From the NCBI GenBank assembly GCA_965217585.1, contig OZ244561.1, positions 6,080,001 through 6,144,000 of the forward strand: a stretch of DNA of 64,000 nt, given 5' to 3'. The translations under genes were made by a program, and so were the position numbers. Each line of letters starts with the position of its first letter. The stretch's first letter is position 1. Source of the stretch: Candidatus Latescibacterota bacterium (GTDB taxonomy: Bacteria; Latescibacterota; UBA2968; UBA8231). Below are positions 18,294 through 27,962 of this stretch, one piece after another. The notes under the pieces were generated by a model, which saw only the letters and a program-made list of their open reading frames with translations, ran no database searches and was not told where the DNA came from.

Positions 18294-21011
18294 ATGGTCG
18301 TGAGCAGAAGACAAAAATTCGCCATACTGCTCGGCCTTGCGGTCGCCGGCGACAGCGTCGCTCAGGTCGAGTACGGCAATCGGCTGGGTTTGCAGCAAGG
18401 GGCGGAAGCCCGGCTGATGACCCTGAGTCCGGAGGTGGATCTGGCCGCGCTGGACCCGGCCGTGCGGCGCTGGTACGTGCCGCAGGAACTATACGAAGAA
18501 TACCACTGGCGGCAGTGGCAGTACACCAATCGGGCGCGGCTGCCGTACCGGCGCTACGTGGAAGTCGATCTGCAGGGGGATTACTTCTACGACTTATATG
18601 GCAATTACCTGACCCAGGGCTGGCTGGTGTTCAACACCGCGCAGACGCGGCCCCAAGAGGCGGGCAGCACCCTGTTCAAGACGAATGTATTTGAGCGGTG
18701 GTTCAATCAACTGGTGATCGCCGGGGACCGGAAGGGCCAGTATCACTATGCGCTGACGGTGAGCAACAATCTGCGCACGACCCTGACGCCGCTGGCCTTT
18801 TCCAAGCCGCGCTTGAACGGATTCCAACTGGACTTGGCCATGGACAAGTATCAAATGACCTTCCTCCATTCGCTGATCTCAGGGCCTAGGGCCATCCAGG
18901 AGACGGAGCGGGCTTTTACGGACGCCACGTCTTTGGCGGGAGGTCGTTTTGTGGCGCAGGTGGGCGATTTCGTCGAGGTGGGTTTACACGCGGTCAGCGC
19001 CCATCAAACGAATAGTTTGACGGACGAACTCGTGGAGACCTTGCACAAGGGATCCTTGACCAACGAACAGAACCAGACGGTTGGGCAGATCGAGATCCTC
19101 TTGCGCGACGACTCGCCGGAGGACGGCCGCGGCGGTGCGGCCTTTTTCCCAGACGCCTCGGACGTGATCATCACCTATCGCGACGGCACGGTGGAGCAGG
19201 GCCGGGACATCCGTTTTGGTCCGGTGATTGAAGGGGGGTTGGAGCGGCGGGGATTTCGCAGCGCGGATGGCGACGAGCAGATCAGCCTGCTCTACGACTT
19301 TGACAGTGCGTCGTTTGTCAACCGGGCTGCGGCCGACAAGTCGGAGATTGTCGCAGTAGAATTTCGGCTGGTGCTGGCCAACGACTATCAGGTCTGGATA
19401 AGTTCCGATCGCCAGTTGGGGCTCCTCGATCCGGGCGAGGGGGTGCGGGGACTGGGCGAAGAGGGATTTACCCGGCTCGACGTAGCGCCGACGGAGATTC
19501 CCTTTTTTATGATGGTGTCTCAGGCACCGGGCAATGTGCAGGACATCTCCAATTTAGGCGTGGTCAGCTTTGCCTACGGCCTGCCCACCGCCACCACTGT
19601 GGCCGGCGGCACCCTCCAGGTGCAGGACCTGTTAGGGTTCGATGTGTATGGCGAATACGATTTGAGTTGGAGCTGGCGTCAATACCCCAACATCGCCGCG
19701 GAAACCCACACGGCCTCGGCGGGGATTAAAGGCCAATCCAGCGCACCGGCTTGGATGCTCAATGTGCGCAAATCTTGGGCACCGTTTTTGTTGTTCGGCG
19801 AGCTGTATTCCATTGACCCGCGCTACAACACCCAAGCCTTTGTCACCACGACCTCGGGCCTCGACTACGCCCGGCAGGGCAACCGCTTTGATCTGGTCGA
19901 AGACAACGACGATCAAGACCGTTTCCCCGATGCCTTCCGCGCCGATTTTCTGGTCAATGACCGGCAGGTCTTTCCCGGTTGGGATCTGAACAACGACTTG
20001 GTGCCCGACTTCAACCAAAACGACAACCGAGTCAAGACCAATGCCATCCCAGACTACGAAGAGCCCTTCCTGCGCTTCCAAGTGGACCGGCCCGAGTTCC
20101 TCTTTGGGGTGGACATGAACCACAACTTCTGGGTTGACCTGTATGAGAACGACACCGAGCCGGACTATCCCTACCGCCGCGATCAGGCCGGTTTCAATGT
20201 CTATGGCGGGATGGGGCTAGGTCGGCACTGGCAGCTCAAGGTGGGGGCCTTGCGCGAGGAGCAGATCTCAGCCGACCGCCAGAATCACAGCACCTACGTG
20301 CAGGTAGGCTACGAGCGGGTGTGGCCGGATTGGGGCCGAGTGCGGCTGTTTGAAATGAGCCAGTTGGTCGCGGACGACATTCCCAATCCGCTCTTGCAGT
20401 GGCAGCCGGACAACACCTTGCGGGGTGGGCAGTTGGCCCATCTCGACGATCCGCTGTTGGCGCGGGATACGTGGGTCAATCAGCTCTTTGTCGGACACAG
20501 CCTGACCAGCGAAAACCTCCAGGTGATGAGCAAGCTCAACTGGGTGCTTTTCCGGCAGTTGATGAGCGCACAGCGCCGCCAGCAGCACGACTTGGAGCCG
20601 TCGGACTTTTTCTTTGGCTTGATCAACAAGGCGAGCTACCGCTACACTTGGCGGGGCGCGACCGTGGAGCCGCGCTGGAAGAGCGAATGGATTCAACAGA
20701 GCCGGTCGCTCTTTGATCAGGAGAAGCAAACGACGCTGCTGGAGTTGGTTGCGGTGTTGTTGGAGACCCAGCTTTTGTCCGCGACTAGGGTGCAGGCCGG
20801 GGTGGAGTACGCCTTTTTCGACGATTTAGACCGAGATACAGAGGATTTTAACTCGCTGAGTTGGGCTTTCCAGTTGGCGACGGAATCGGCTTATCTAGGG
20901 TATCGAATCCAAGCCTTGGTCGGCTTTGTGGTGGAGCGCAAAGATTTTGTGGAGGCCGAGACTATCACCGCTACCCAGAGCTTTGTCTCGCTCTACGCCG
21001 GATTGCAGTAG
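18294..21011 (+). CDS. Family B ~900-aa secreted, putative outer-membrane protein with an Asp/Asn-rich segment
   Basis: Signal peptide; ALDPAVRRWYVPQEL; VEDNDDQDR..FPGWD.NND..DFNQND..PDYEEPFLR..DRPEFLFG; amphipathic beta-like C-terminus ending YAGLQ; paralog of 41883 and 61901. Confidence 0.85.
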   Translation: MVVSRRQKFAILLGLAVAGDSVAQVEYGNRLGLQQGAEARLMTLSPEVDLAALDPAVRRWYVPQELYEEYHWRQWQYTNRARLPYRRYVEVDLQGDYFYDLYGNYLTQGWLVFNTAQTRPQEAGSTLFKTNVFERWFNQLVIAGDRKGQYHYALTVSNNLRTTLTPLAFSKPRLNGFQLDLAMDKYQMTFLHSLISGPRAIQETERAFTDATSLAGGRFVAQVGDFVEVGLHAVSAHQTNSLTDELVETLHKGSLTNEQNQTVGQIEILLRDDSPEDGRGGAAFFPDASDVIITYRDGTVEQGRDIRFGPVIEGGLERRGFRSADGDEQISLLYDFDSASFVNRAAADKSEIVAVEFRLVLANDYQVWISSDRQLGLLDPGEGVRGLGEEGFTRLDVAPTEIPFFMMVSQAPGNVQDISNLGVVSFAYGLPTATTVAGGTLQVQDLLGFDVYGEYDLSWSWRQYPNIAAETHTASAGIKGQSSAPAWMLNVRKSWAPFLLFGELYSIDPRYNTQAFVTTTSGLDYARQGNRFDLVEDNDDQDRFPDAFRADFLVNDRQVFPGWDLNNDLVPDFNQNDNRVKTNAIPDYEEPFLRFQVDRPEFLFGVDMNHNFWVDLYENDTEPDYPYRRDQAGFNVYGGMGLGRHWQLKVGALREEQISADRQNHSTYVQVGYERVWPDWGRVRLFEMSQLVADDIPNPLLQWQPDNTLRGGQLAHLDDPLLARDTWVNQLFVGHSLTSENLQVMSKLNWVLFRQLMSAQRRQQHDLEPSDFFFGLINKASYRYTWRGATVEPRWKSEWIQQSRSLFDQEKQTTLLELVAVLLETQLLSATRVQAGVEYAFFDDLDRDTEDFNSLSWAFQLATESAYLGYRIQALVGFVVERKDFVEAETITATQSFVSLYAGLQ

Positions 21012-21047
21012 GTCGAGTCCCTGTATGCGCCGCACGCGGAGCCGTTT

Positions 21048-22193
21048 TTAGCGCGGACCTTCCTCCCAAGACGGCAAGCTCAAACCGTCCTGATCCCAGA
21101 CAATTTCGCCGGCCCGCAGGGTCATGCGGCCCTCTATTTTTTGGTTGCCTTGTAGGGTGCTGCGGGTGGCATCGACAAAGCCAAAGCGGCCTTCATGGAC
21201 GGCCAGTACCGCGACATCGGCTTCAGCGCCTAGGCTCAGGTGGCCCAATTCGGGCCGGCGGATGACTTCGGCGGGGCGCTGCGTCGAGCGGTAGATGACC
21301 TCTTGCAGCGGCATCCCCAAGGCCAGCATTTTCGACATGGTGATGTTCATGGTGGCATTGGGCAGCAGGCGGCTGCGGCGGTGTAGGTCGGTGCTGATGG
21401 TATCGGGGGGAAAGCCTTGGGCCATGGCCGGCACGGCAATGTGGAAGCGGAAGGAGGCGTTGCCGTGGCCCAAGTCGAAAATCACGCCGCGCTCGCGGGC
21501 CTGCCAGACAAAGTCGAAAATGCGGTCGTTGTCGTCGAGCATGGGCGTGCGCATGGAATAGCAGTGGGTGTGGATGTCGCCGGGGCTGTAGCGGGCGAGC
21601 AACTCTGGGTACGTGCGGGTGGGTTTGGGCGAGAAATCGACCATGACAATGCTGCCGGCCCGCCGCGCCGCCTCAATGGCACCTCCGGTTGATTCCCATC
21701 CCGGTCCGCCAAAATGGGCCGACTTGACCCCAACGATATGCTCGGGGTAGCGCTCGACTGCTGAGGCGCAGGGGATGGGGTCCATATCGGTGGTGTCCTG
21801 TTCCGGAGGACCGGTCATGCCAGCGCCGACGATGTTGACAAAGGCGAGGACGCGGGTGATGGACTGGTCCATGATGGTCTCTTTGAAATCTGCAATATCC
21901 TTGTACCCAGCGCCGCCCGTATCGACGCAGGTGGTGACTCCGTGCGGCAGGTTGTGGGGGTCGGGGAAGAGCCAAGCATTAAAGCCGCCGTACACGTGCA
22001 GGTGGATGTCGATGAGGCCGGGGGAGACGTAGAGGCCAGCGACATTGGCTTGTCGTTCGGCGGTGCCGGGTAACTGCGGTCCCACAGCGGCGATTTTGCC
22101 GTCTTTGACGGCGAGGTCGGCCGGGCCGTCAAGGCCGTTTTTGGGGTCGATGAGGTGGCCGTTTTTGAGCAGGACGTCGTAGTGGGGGGACAT
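21048..22193 (-). CDS. Amidohydrolase / deacetylase, dihydroorotase-like metallohydrolase
   Basis: PGLIDIHLH, GVTTCVDTG, PGDIHTH, FDLGHG, DTISTDLH, LSLGAEADVAV. Confidence 0.9.
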   Translation of the reverse strand: MSPHYDVLLKNGHLIDPKNGLDGPADLAVKDGKIAAVGPQLPGTAERQANVAGLYVSPGLIDIHLHVYGGFNAWLFPDPHNLPHGVTTCVDTGGAGYKDIADFKETIMDQSITRVLAFVNIVGAGMTGPPEQDTTDMDPIPCASAVERYPEHIVGVKSAHFGGPGWESTGGAIEAARRAGSIVMVDFSPKPTRTYPELLARYSPGDIHTHCYSMRTPMLDDNDRIFDFVWQARERGVIFDLGHGNASFRFHIAVPAMAQGFPPDTISTDLHRRSRLLPNATMNITMSKMLALGMPLQEVIYRSTQRPAEVIRRPELGHLSLGAEADVAVLAVHEGRFGFVDATRSTLQGNQKIEGRMTLRAGEIVWDQDGLSLPSWEEGPR

Positions 22194-22226
22194 GGTGCTC
22201 CTTTTGGGTTGCCGAATAGAATGCTG

Positions 22227-22970
22227 TCAGTCGCCGGGGAAGTGCCCTTGGTACTCCAGACCTAGTAGCTCCCGGGACCGGGCCACATTGCAGTACTTAT
22301 CCGCGTCTGGGTGGCTGGCCGTGTGCATAATGTCGAAATCAATGGTCTCGGATGTGAGCGCTAGGTGGCAGGCCTGCGCCAGATCGTGTCGGCAGACCCA
22401 GCTAACGCCGCCGCGGGCGGGGTGGCCGTCGCGGCTGATCCCGAGCCTGCTGTCGCCGATGCTACAGGGCCGGAAAACGATGATCCGCAGGCCGTAGGCG
22501 TCGTGGAATTGGCGGCACATTTCCTCCTGCAGGCGCTTGGAGATGCCGTACAGGCTTCCTTCCTTGCTGCGCACCTCCGACGACAGGAAAACGCCGTCTG
22601 GATGTTGCACGACGCAGGAGCTCATGTGCACCACTCGTTTGAGTTGGTGCCGCCGAGCCGACTCCAAGACGTTCCACATCCCCTTGAGGTTGATGAGAAA
22701 GGGGTTCACATCAACCTCGGGCGGGTTCTCGTAGCCGAAGTAAGCGGCGAGATGGACGACGCCGTCCATACCTTCCAAAGTCCTGTGGACGGCGTCGAAG
22801 TCGGCGATGTCCCCGTAGTGCTTTTCTCCCTCCCAGTCGCCGTCGAAGCGGCGGTACGTCGCCCAAGCTTCGGGACTGTAATCGAAGGCGCGCACTTGGT
22901 GGCGACCGGCGAAGCTTTCCAGCACGGCTCGGCCGACCCACCCGGCGGCACCCATTATGGCGACTTTCAT
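22227..22970 (-). CDS. NAD-dependent epimerase/dehydratase (extended SDR, uronate-dehydrogenase-like)
   Basis: GAAGWVG Rossmann motif, VVHLAA, YGISK catalytic motif. Confidence 0.9.
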   Translation of the reverse strand: MKVAIMGAAGWVGRAVLESFAGRHQVRAFDYSPEAWATYRRFDGDWEGEKHYGDIADFDAVHRTLEGMDGVVHLAAYFGYENPPEVDVNPFLINLKGMWNVLESARRHQLKRVVHMSSCVVQHPDGVFLSSEVRSKEGSLYGISKRLQEEMCRQFHDAYGLRIIVFRPCSIGDSRLGISRDGHPARGGVSWVCRHDLAQACHLALTSETIDFDIMHTASHPDADKYCNVARSRELLGLEYQGHFPGD

Positions 22971-23055
22971 AAGCAATCCTCCTGGGAAACGGCATCATAG
23001 CCGGGGGGTTGCGCCCGGCGGCGACCGAGCGGCCATCTACCGAGCAGCTCCGCAG

Positions 23056-24036
23056 TCATTCGCTGTACACCGCCTCGATCAGGCCTCTCATGTAGCCAAT
23101 GGCGTAGAGACGCTCCATCGAGTGCACATCGACGAAGTCTTCGTAGGTTAGCTGCGGGAAATGGTCGGGGCGGGCGACCCCCTCGTACCCAGTGTCGCGA
23201 TAGGCCCTGACACAGGCCGCCATGTCGTGCTTGCCGTCGTCGTGGAAGGCCTCGTCGAACTTCTCCGGCGTGCCCCTGATGTCGCGGAAATGGACGAAGT
23301 GGATCTTCTGCTGCTCGCCGAAATGGCGAATGACACTCGGCAGGTCGTCGGTCATGAGGCCGAAGTTGCCCTGACAGAGGCCGATGCCGTTTGCCGGGCT
23401 GGGAACGAGATCGACCATCTTCTGGTAGTTCTCAACGCTGCTGATGATGCGGGCGATACCCTGTATCGGCGACAGGGGCGGGTCGTCGGGATGCATGGCG
23501 AGCTTGACGCCCGCCTCTTCGGCGACCGGGACAACGCGCTCGAGGAAGTATTTCAGGTTGTCCCACTGGTCCTCCTCGGTGACTTCGCCATGCTCGCCGG
23601 CGGGGTGGGTCTTGTTGAATTCCTCGAGGTCGAAGCCGGTCACCTTGGCACCGCCGCGCGTCGGGATTTCGGACGACGTGCGAATCACGAAGAGGGTCGG
23701 CATCCACGCAGGGCACCACACCGGGATGCCGACCGCCCCCATATTGCGGATGAACTCGCAGACGACGGCGATCTCTTCGTCGCGCCCCGGCTGGGCCAGC
23801 TTGATCTTTTCCATGGGTGGACGGCTTTCAATGACCGCTAGCTGATAGCCGTTTTTTTCGTACTGCGCCTTGAAACGGGCTAGGGACTGGCGGCTGAACG
23901 GCTGCGCTTCGTCGGCGATCGGTTTATCTGGTAGCGGCGCGAGGCCGAAGGTGCCGACGGCATGCTCGACGCCGCATTGGGTGCCGAAGGTCGATACGGC
24001 GCTGGCGTCTGGTCCGAGTGCCAAAGCGATTTTCAT
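23056..24036 (-). CDS. uxuA: Mannonate dehydratase
   Basis: WDNLKYFLERVVPVAEEAGVKLAMHPDDPP, NGIGLCQGN, IHFVHFRD, RPDH, YAIGYMRGL. Confidence 0.9.
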   Translation of the reverse strand: MKIALALGPDASAVSTFGTQCGVEHAVGTFGLAPLPDKPIADEAQPFSRQSLARFKAQYEKNGYQLAVIESRPPMEKIKLAQPGRDEEIAVVCEFIRNMGAVGIPVWCPAWMPTLFVIRTSSEIPTRGGAKVTGFDLEEFNKTHPAGEHGEVTEEDQWDNLKYFLERVVPVAEEAGVKLAMHPDDPPLSPIQGIARIISSVENYQKMVDLVPSPANGIGLCQGNFGLMTDDLPSVIRHFGEQQKIHFVHFRDIRGTPEKFDEAFHDDGKHDMAACVRAYRDTGYEGVARPDHFPQLTYEDFVDVHSMERLYAIGYMRGLIEAVYSE

Positions 24037-24101
24037 AGCTCTTCCTTTCGTTCTGTTTCGAGGATAACGGCGATACTTCTCCGCGATACAGTAGCAAGGG
24101 T

Positions 24102-24130
24102 ATTATAGCGGGTGGCCCTTCCTCTTTCAA
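24102..24130 (-). promoter_or_regulatory. Sigma70-like promoter for the uxuA operon
   Basis: Minus strand TTGAAA-17 nt-TATAAT. Confidence 0.7.
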
Positions 24131-24227
24131 GACGGCTTGCCACCGCCATCCCTAGGGGTATAGATTGACCAGAGCAGTTGCGTCCTCCATACCGCACACC
24201 TCAACGATACTCAGGAGCTTGTTATCC

Positions 24228-25268
24228 ATGACTGACCCGATCAAAGTCGCCGTGCTGGGCATGGCCCACGACCACTTGTGGGGCAACCTCAAGGAACTAG
24301 CCGATCAGGAAGGGGCCCTCCTCGTGGGCGGTGCCGACCCCAACCCCGTGCTCCAGGACCGCTTCCGCGAGCGCTCGGGCTGCGACCAAGTGTACGGCGA
24401 GTACGAAGCCCTGCTCGTCGCGCAAACCCCCGACGCAGTCTTCGTCTTTTCGGCCACCGCGCACCACGCCCCCATCGTCGAGCTGTGCGCGGAGCGGGGC
24501 ATTCACGTGATGGTCGAGAAACCTATGGCCGCCACCCTCGAACAGGCCGACCGCATGCTGACCGCGGCCCAGCGCCACCAGATCTGTCTGATGGTCAACT
24601 GGCCGACGGCTTGGTCGCGGCCTTTGCACACGGCTCACCGCTTGGTGCGGGAAGGGGCCATCGGGCAACTGTGGCAGCTCACTTGGCGCGGTGGCCACTG
24701 CGGCCCCGACGAGTTGGGCTGCTCCGACGAATTCTGCGGCTTCCTCTTCGATCCCCAGCTCAACGGGGCCGGGGCCTTCAACGACTACAGCGGGTACGGT
24801 GCCAGCCTATGCGTCCACTTTTTGGGCCAGCCGCACAGTGTCGTGGCCATGGCCGGCCGCTTGCTCAAGACCCATTTGCCAGTTGACGACAACGGCATTA
24901 TGGTGCTGCGCTACCCGCAGGCTCTGTGCCGCTTGGAAATGACTTGGACCGAAGCCGTGCCGCATGTACCACCCCATGACGTGGTGCTCTACGGAACGGA
25001 GGGGACTATCGTGGTGGGGAATCAGGTGACTGTGCACACCCGCCAGAATCGCGAGGGAACAGAGGTGGACCTCGACGAATTGTCCGTCTCCGAGCGCAAT
25101 GCCGCCACGCATTTTCTCCACTGCATCCGCTCGGGCCAGCCGCCCCAGGGCACGACCAATGCCACCCAATCGCGCCACGCCCAGGAGATTATGGAAGCCG
25201 GCCTGCAGGCGGCCACTTCGGGCATTGAAGTGAGCCTGCCCATCGAGGGCCATTTGTTCCGCGCATAA
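24228..25268 (+). CDS. Gfo/Idh/MocA family oxidoreductase
   Basis: KVAVLG, HVMVEKPMA, GAGAFNDYSGY, LYGTEG; AGGAG RBS before ATG 24228. Confidence 0.9.
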   Translation: MTDPIKVAVLGMAHDHLWGNLKELADQEGALLVGGADPNPVLQDRFRERSGCDQVYGEYEALLVAQTPDAVFVFSATAHHAPIVELCAERGIHVMVEKPMAATLEQADRMLTAAQRHQICLMVNWPTAWSRPLHTAHRLVREGAIGQLWQLTWRGGHCGPDELGCSDEFCGFLFDPQLNGAGAFNDYSGYGASLCVHFLGQPHSVVAMAGRLLKTHLPVDDNGIMVLRYPQALCRLEMTWTEAVPHVPPHDVVLYGTEGTIVVGNQVTVHTRQNREGTEVDLDELSVSERNAATHFLHCIRSGQPPQGTTNATQSRHAQEIMEAGLQAATSGIEVSLPIEGHLFRA

Positions 25269-25283
25269 TACGCAATCCGCTCA

Positions 25284-25994
25284 ATGCCTAACTCGACAGG
25301 AGACTACATGCCCTCTTCCCACTGGCGCAATATTCTGCACCACGACGACGAGCCCGACGAGGCCATGCAACGCATCGACGCCCAGGTCGCTCCGCTGGAG
25401 GAACTGCCCGATGCGGTGCGCCACATCCGCGCCCTGATCTCGCGCTTCGACTCGCTGACTCACTACTGCGCCTTTGACAACCTCGACCTGCTCGTCCGCG
25501 CCATCGGCGAGGGCACTTACCCGGGCCAGCCAGCCGTTGATGTGCTGACCCGAGCTTGGGAAATGGACGACCAGCGCCGGGGGCGAGCCAAGGCGTATGT
25601 GAAAACCCTGCAAGCCTGGTCCGAAGGCAAGTCTGTGGAAGAAGCTCAGCAGGTGGCGGGCGATTCGGAACTGTGCGCCGAGTTGTACCGCACTTTGGGT
25701 CCGCTCGAAGAGCACAAGGCTTGGTTGGTCGCCTCTTTAGCTCATACCCTCAAAGCCTTCGCCTATGAAGCCCAAGACTTGCTCGGCGAAGCGGCCGAGG
25801 CGGATTTCGTACGCGGGGTTTATCGCGCGGCGCTCGACCGCGACCCCTCGCACGACGACTTGCAAAACCGCTTGGCCGAACTGGCCGGTGGCAAAAGCCG
25901 GGACCATTTCATCCGCGAGGTCTTCGACTCGGCCGAAAGCCGCCAGCGCCAACAGTGGCAGGTGCTGGACAAGCTGCACACCGACGGAGAATGA
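25284..25994 (+). CDS. Hypothetical protein with C-terminal DUF4214-like domain
   Basis: DFVRGVYRAALDRDP...GKSRDHFIREVFDSAESR pattern; lies within the operon. Confidence 0.65.
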   Translation: MPNSTGDYMPSSHWRNILHHDDEPDEAMQRIDAQVAPLEELPDAVRHIRALISRFDSLTHYCAFDNLDLLVRAIGEGTYPGQPAVDVLTRAWEMDDQRRGRAKAYVKTLQAWSEGKSVEEAQQVAGDSELCAELYRTLGPLEEHKAWLVASLAHTLKAFAYEAQDLLGEAAEADFVRGVYRAALDRDPSHDDLQNRLAELAGGKSRDHFIREVFDSAESRQRQQWQVLDKLHTDGE

Positions 25995-26008
25995 GAGGAG
26001 AGCCGAAC

Positions 26009-26917
26009 ATGGGCGTTTTCCCCGATGCGGCCCTGCGCCGGATAGCCGCGGCCTTTGACGGCCGCATGGGCTGGCATCTAGAAGATCTGGCCACTGGCCA
26101 AGTGCATCAGTATAGAGCCGACGAGCGCTTTCCCACGGCCTCGGTCATCAAAATTGCCGTATTGGTCGAGTTGTTCCATCAGGCCGAGGCAGGACGGCTG
26201 TCGCTGGACGACCGGCACCCGCTGCGGGGCGATATTTCAACGCACGGCTCGGGAGTGTTGCAAATCGCCCGCGACGAGCCCGAGTTGACCTTGCGCGACT
26301 ACGCCCGCCTGATGATGGGCATCAGCGACAATATTGCCACAGATTTCCTCATGGGACTGCTGGGGCTGGACCAGATCAACGCCACCCTCGACCGACTGGG
26401 CTGTGCCAATGTGCGGGCCGCCGCGACCATGGGCCGCTATCACTACCGCATGGTGGGGATGGACGAGATGCCCACCATGCGGGCCAACGATGCAGTATAC
26501 AGGGAGCGGGTCAGCACTCGGGGCATTGATTACGGCAGCGTATCCTTTGGGGATTCGCTGGAAAACAACGTGGCCGCCCCCGGCGAGTTGGCCTCTTTAT
26601 TGGCGGCTATATACCGCGGGCAGGTCGTCAGTGCGGCGGCCTCCAAAGCCATGATCGAGTTGCTCAAAACCGGCCGGGATACCCGCATGATCCGGCACTA
26701 TCTGCAGCCGGATGTGGTGGTGGCGCACAAGTACGGCTCTAGCGGCATCATCAAAGGGGATGCTGGCCTTGTGTTTTTGCCCAAAGGGCCCTTGGTCCTG
26801 GTGGCCTTTGCCCTGGCCCGCAGCGACGGGCCCGCCGCTGCCGAGGCCATTGCCCGGGTCGCCCGCTTGGCCGTGGAGGCGCTGGCCCCCGAGTGCGTGG
26901 TGGACAATAGCAGTTAG
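26009..26917 (+). CDS. Serine hydrolase, class A beta-lactamase fold, no signal peptide
   Basis: FPTASVIK (SxxK), ISDN (SDN), AHKYGS (KTG-like); AGGAG RBS before ATG 26009. Confidence 0.85.
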   Translation: MGVFPDAALRRIAAAFDGRMGWHLEDLATGQVHQYRADERFPTASVIKIAVLVELFHQAEAGRLSLDDRHPLRGDISTHGSGVLQIARDEPELTLRDYARLMMGISDNIATDFLMGLLGLDQINATLDRLGCANVRAAATMGRYHYRMVGMDEMPTMRANDAVYRERVSTRGIDYGSVSFGDSLENNVAAPGELASLLAAIYRGQVVSAAASKAMIELLKTGRDTRMIRHYLQPDVVVAHKYGSSGIIKGDAGLVFLPKGPLVLVAFALARSDGPAAAEAIARVARLAVEALAPECVVDNSS

Positions 26918-26974
26918 TTTATCGAATAATGGGGGGCTACCCATGCGATTCAGTTTTCACATTAGGAGGGACTC

Positions 26975-27805
26975 GTGATCATCGACACGCATCTGCACGT
27001 GTGGAGCGACGACTCGGAGCGCTATCCCTTTGCCGAGGGGCGGACTCAGGTGGGCGGTGGATCCGTGGAATTGCTCAACCAGACTATGGACGAGGTCGGG
27101 GTCGACAAAGCGGTCATTGTGCAGCCGATTCACTATTTGTTCGACAACCGCTACGTGGCCGACTGTGTACGCCGCTTTCCGGGCCGCTTTGCTGCCATTG
27201 GCCTGGTCGACCCCAAGGCCCCGGACGCGCCCGACCGGCTAGAAGAGCTGGTGCGCCAGGACAGTTTTGGCGGCTTGCGCATTCACTCGTCGCGGCTCGA
27301 CCACCCCTCGGAATGGGCCGCCCCCGACCAAGACCCGCTGTGGCGGCGGTCGGAGGAGCTGGGCACTTGTTTTATTGTCCACGGCCCGGCGGCTAATCTG
27401 CCCCACTTGGAGCCCATCATCGGCCGCTTTCCCGAGGTGCCGGTAGTGCTGGACCACATCGGCGGGGCACCGACTAATGAGGAACCGCCCTTGCCGCTGT
27501 TGAGCCACGTTCTCGACCTGGCGCGCTTTCCCAAGGTGTACGTGAAATTCACTCCGCAGGCGCACAAGTCCGAGTTGCCCTTCCCGCACGCGGATACGTT
27601 TCCCACCTTCCGCCGCATCTACGACGCCTTTGGGCCGCAGCGGCTGATGTGGGGAACCAATTTCCCCGGCGTAATGAAAGGGGTGGGGTACGGGCCGGCC
27701 CTGGAGATGTTCCGCGACCACGTCGATTTTCTCACCGACGACGACAAGGCGTGGCTCTTTCACCGCACGGCTTTGCAGGTGTGGAGCTTTGCAGGAGCGG
27801 AGTAG
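26975..27805 (+). CDS. Amidohydrolase_2 family (sugar lactonase-like)
   Basis: IIDTHLHVW, VVLDHIG, FGPQRLMWGTNFP; AGGAGG RBS. Confidence 0.9.
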   Translation: MIIDTHLHVWSDDSERYPFAEGRTQVGGGSVELLNQTMDEVGVDKAVIVQPIHYLFDNRYVADCVRRFPGRFAAIGLVDPKAPDAPDRLEELVRQDSFGGLRIHSSRLDHPSEWAAPDQDPLWRRSEELGTCFIVHGPAANLPHLEPIIGRFPEVPVVLDHIGGAPTNEEPPLPLLSHVLDLARFPKVYVKFTPQAHKSELPFPHADTFPTFRRIYDAFGPQRLMWGTNFPGVMKGVGYGPALEMFRDHVDFLTDDDKAWLFHRTALQVWSFAGAE

Positions 27806-27962
27806 TGGCCAACTGAAGAACTTCTCGCTCCAAACGGTCAGTTCGGCACAAAGCCGACTCGGTAGCAGGGCACAGAGGCGGCCATTGCGCGTCGGTTCAA
27901 TCGGTTGGATATTGATCGGGCATACTCATCCGTTAAAAACGCTTTTAAGAGGAGGAAACCGT

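Noticed and set aside
26009-26917. Beta-lactam resistance gene
   Set aside because: No signal peptide, no recognisable E166 omega-loop motif, and a catabolic operon context.
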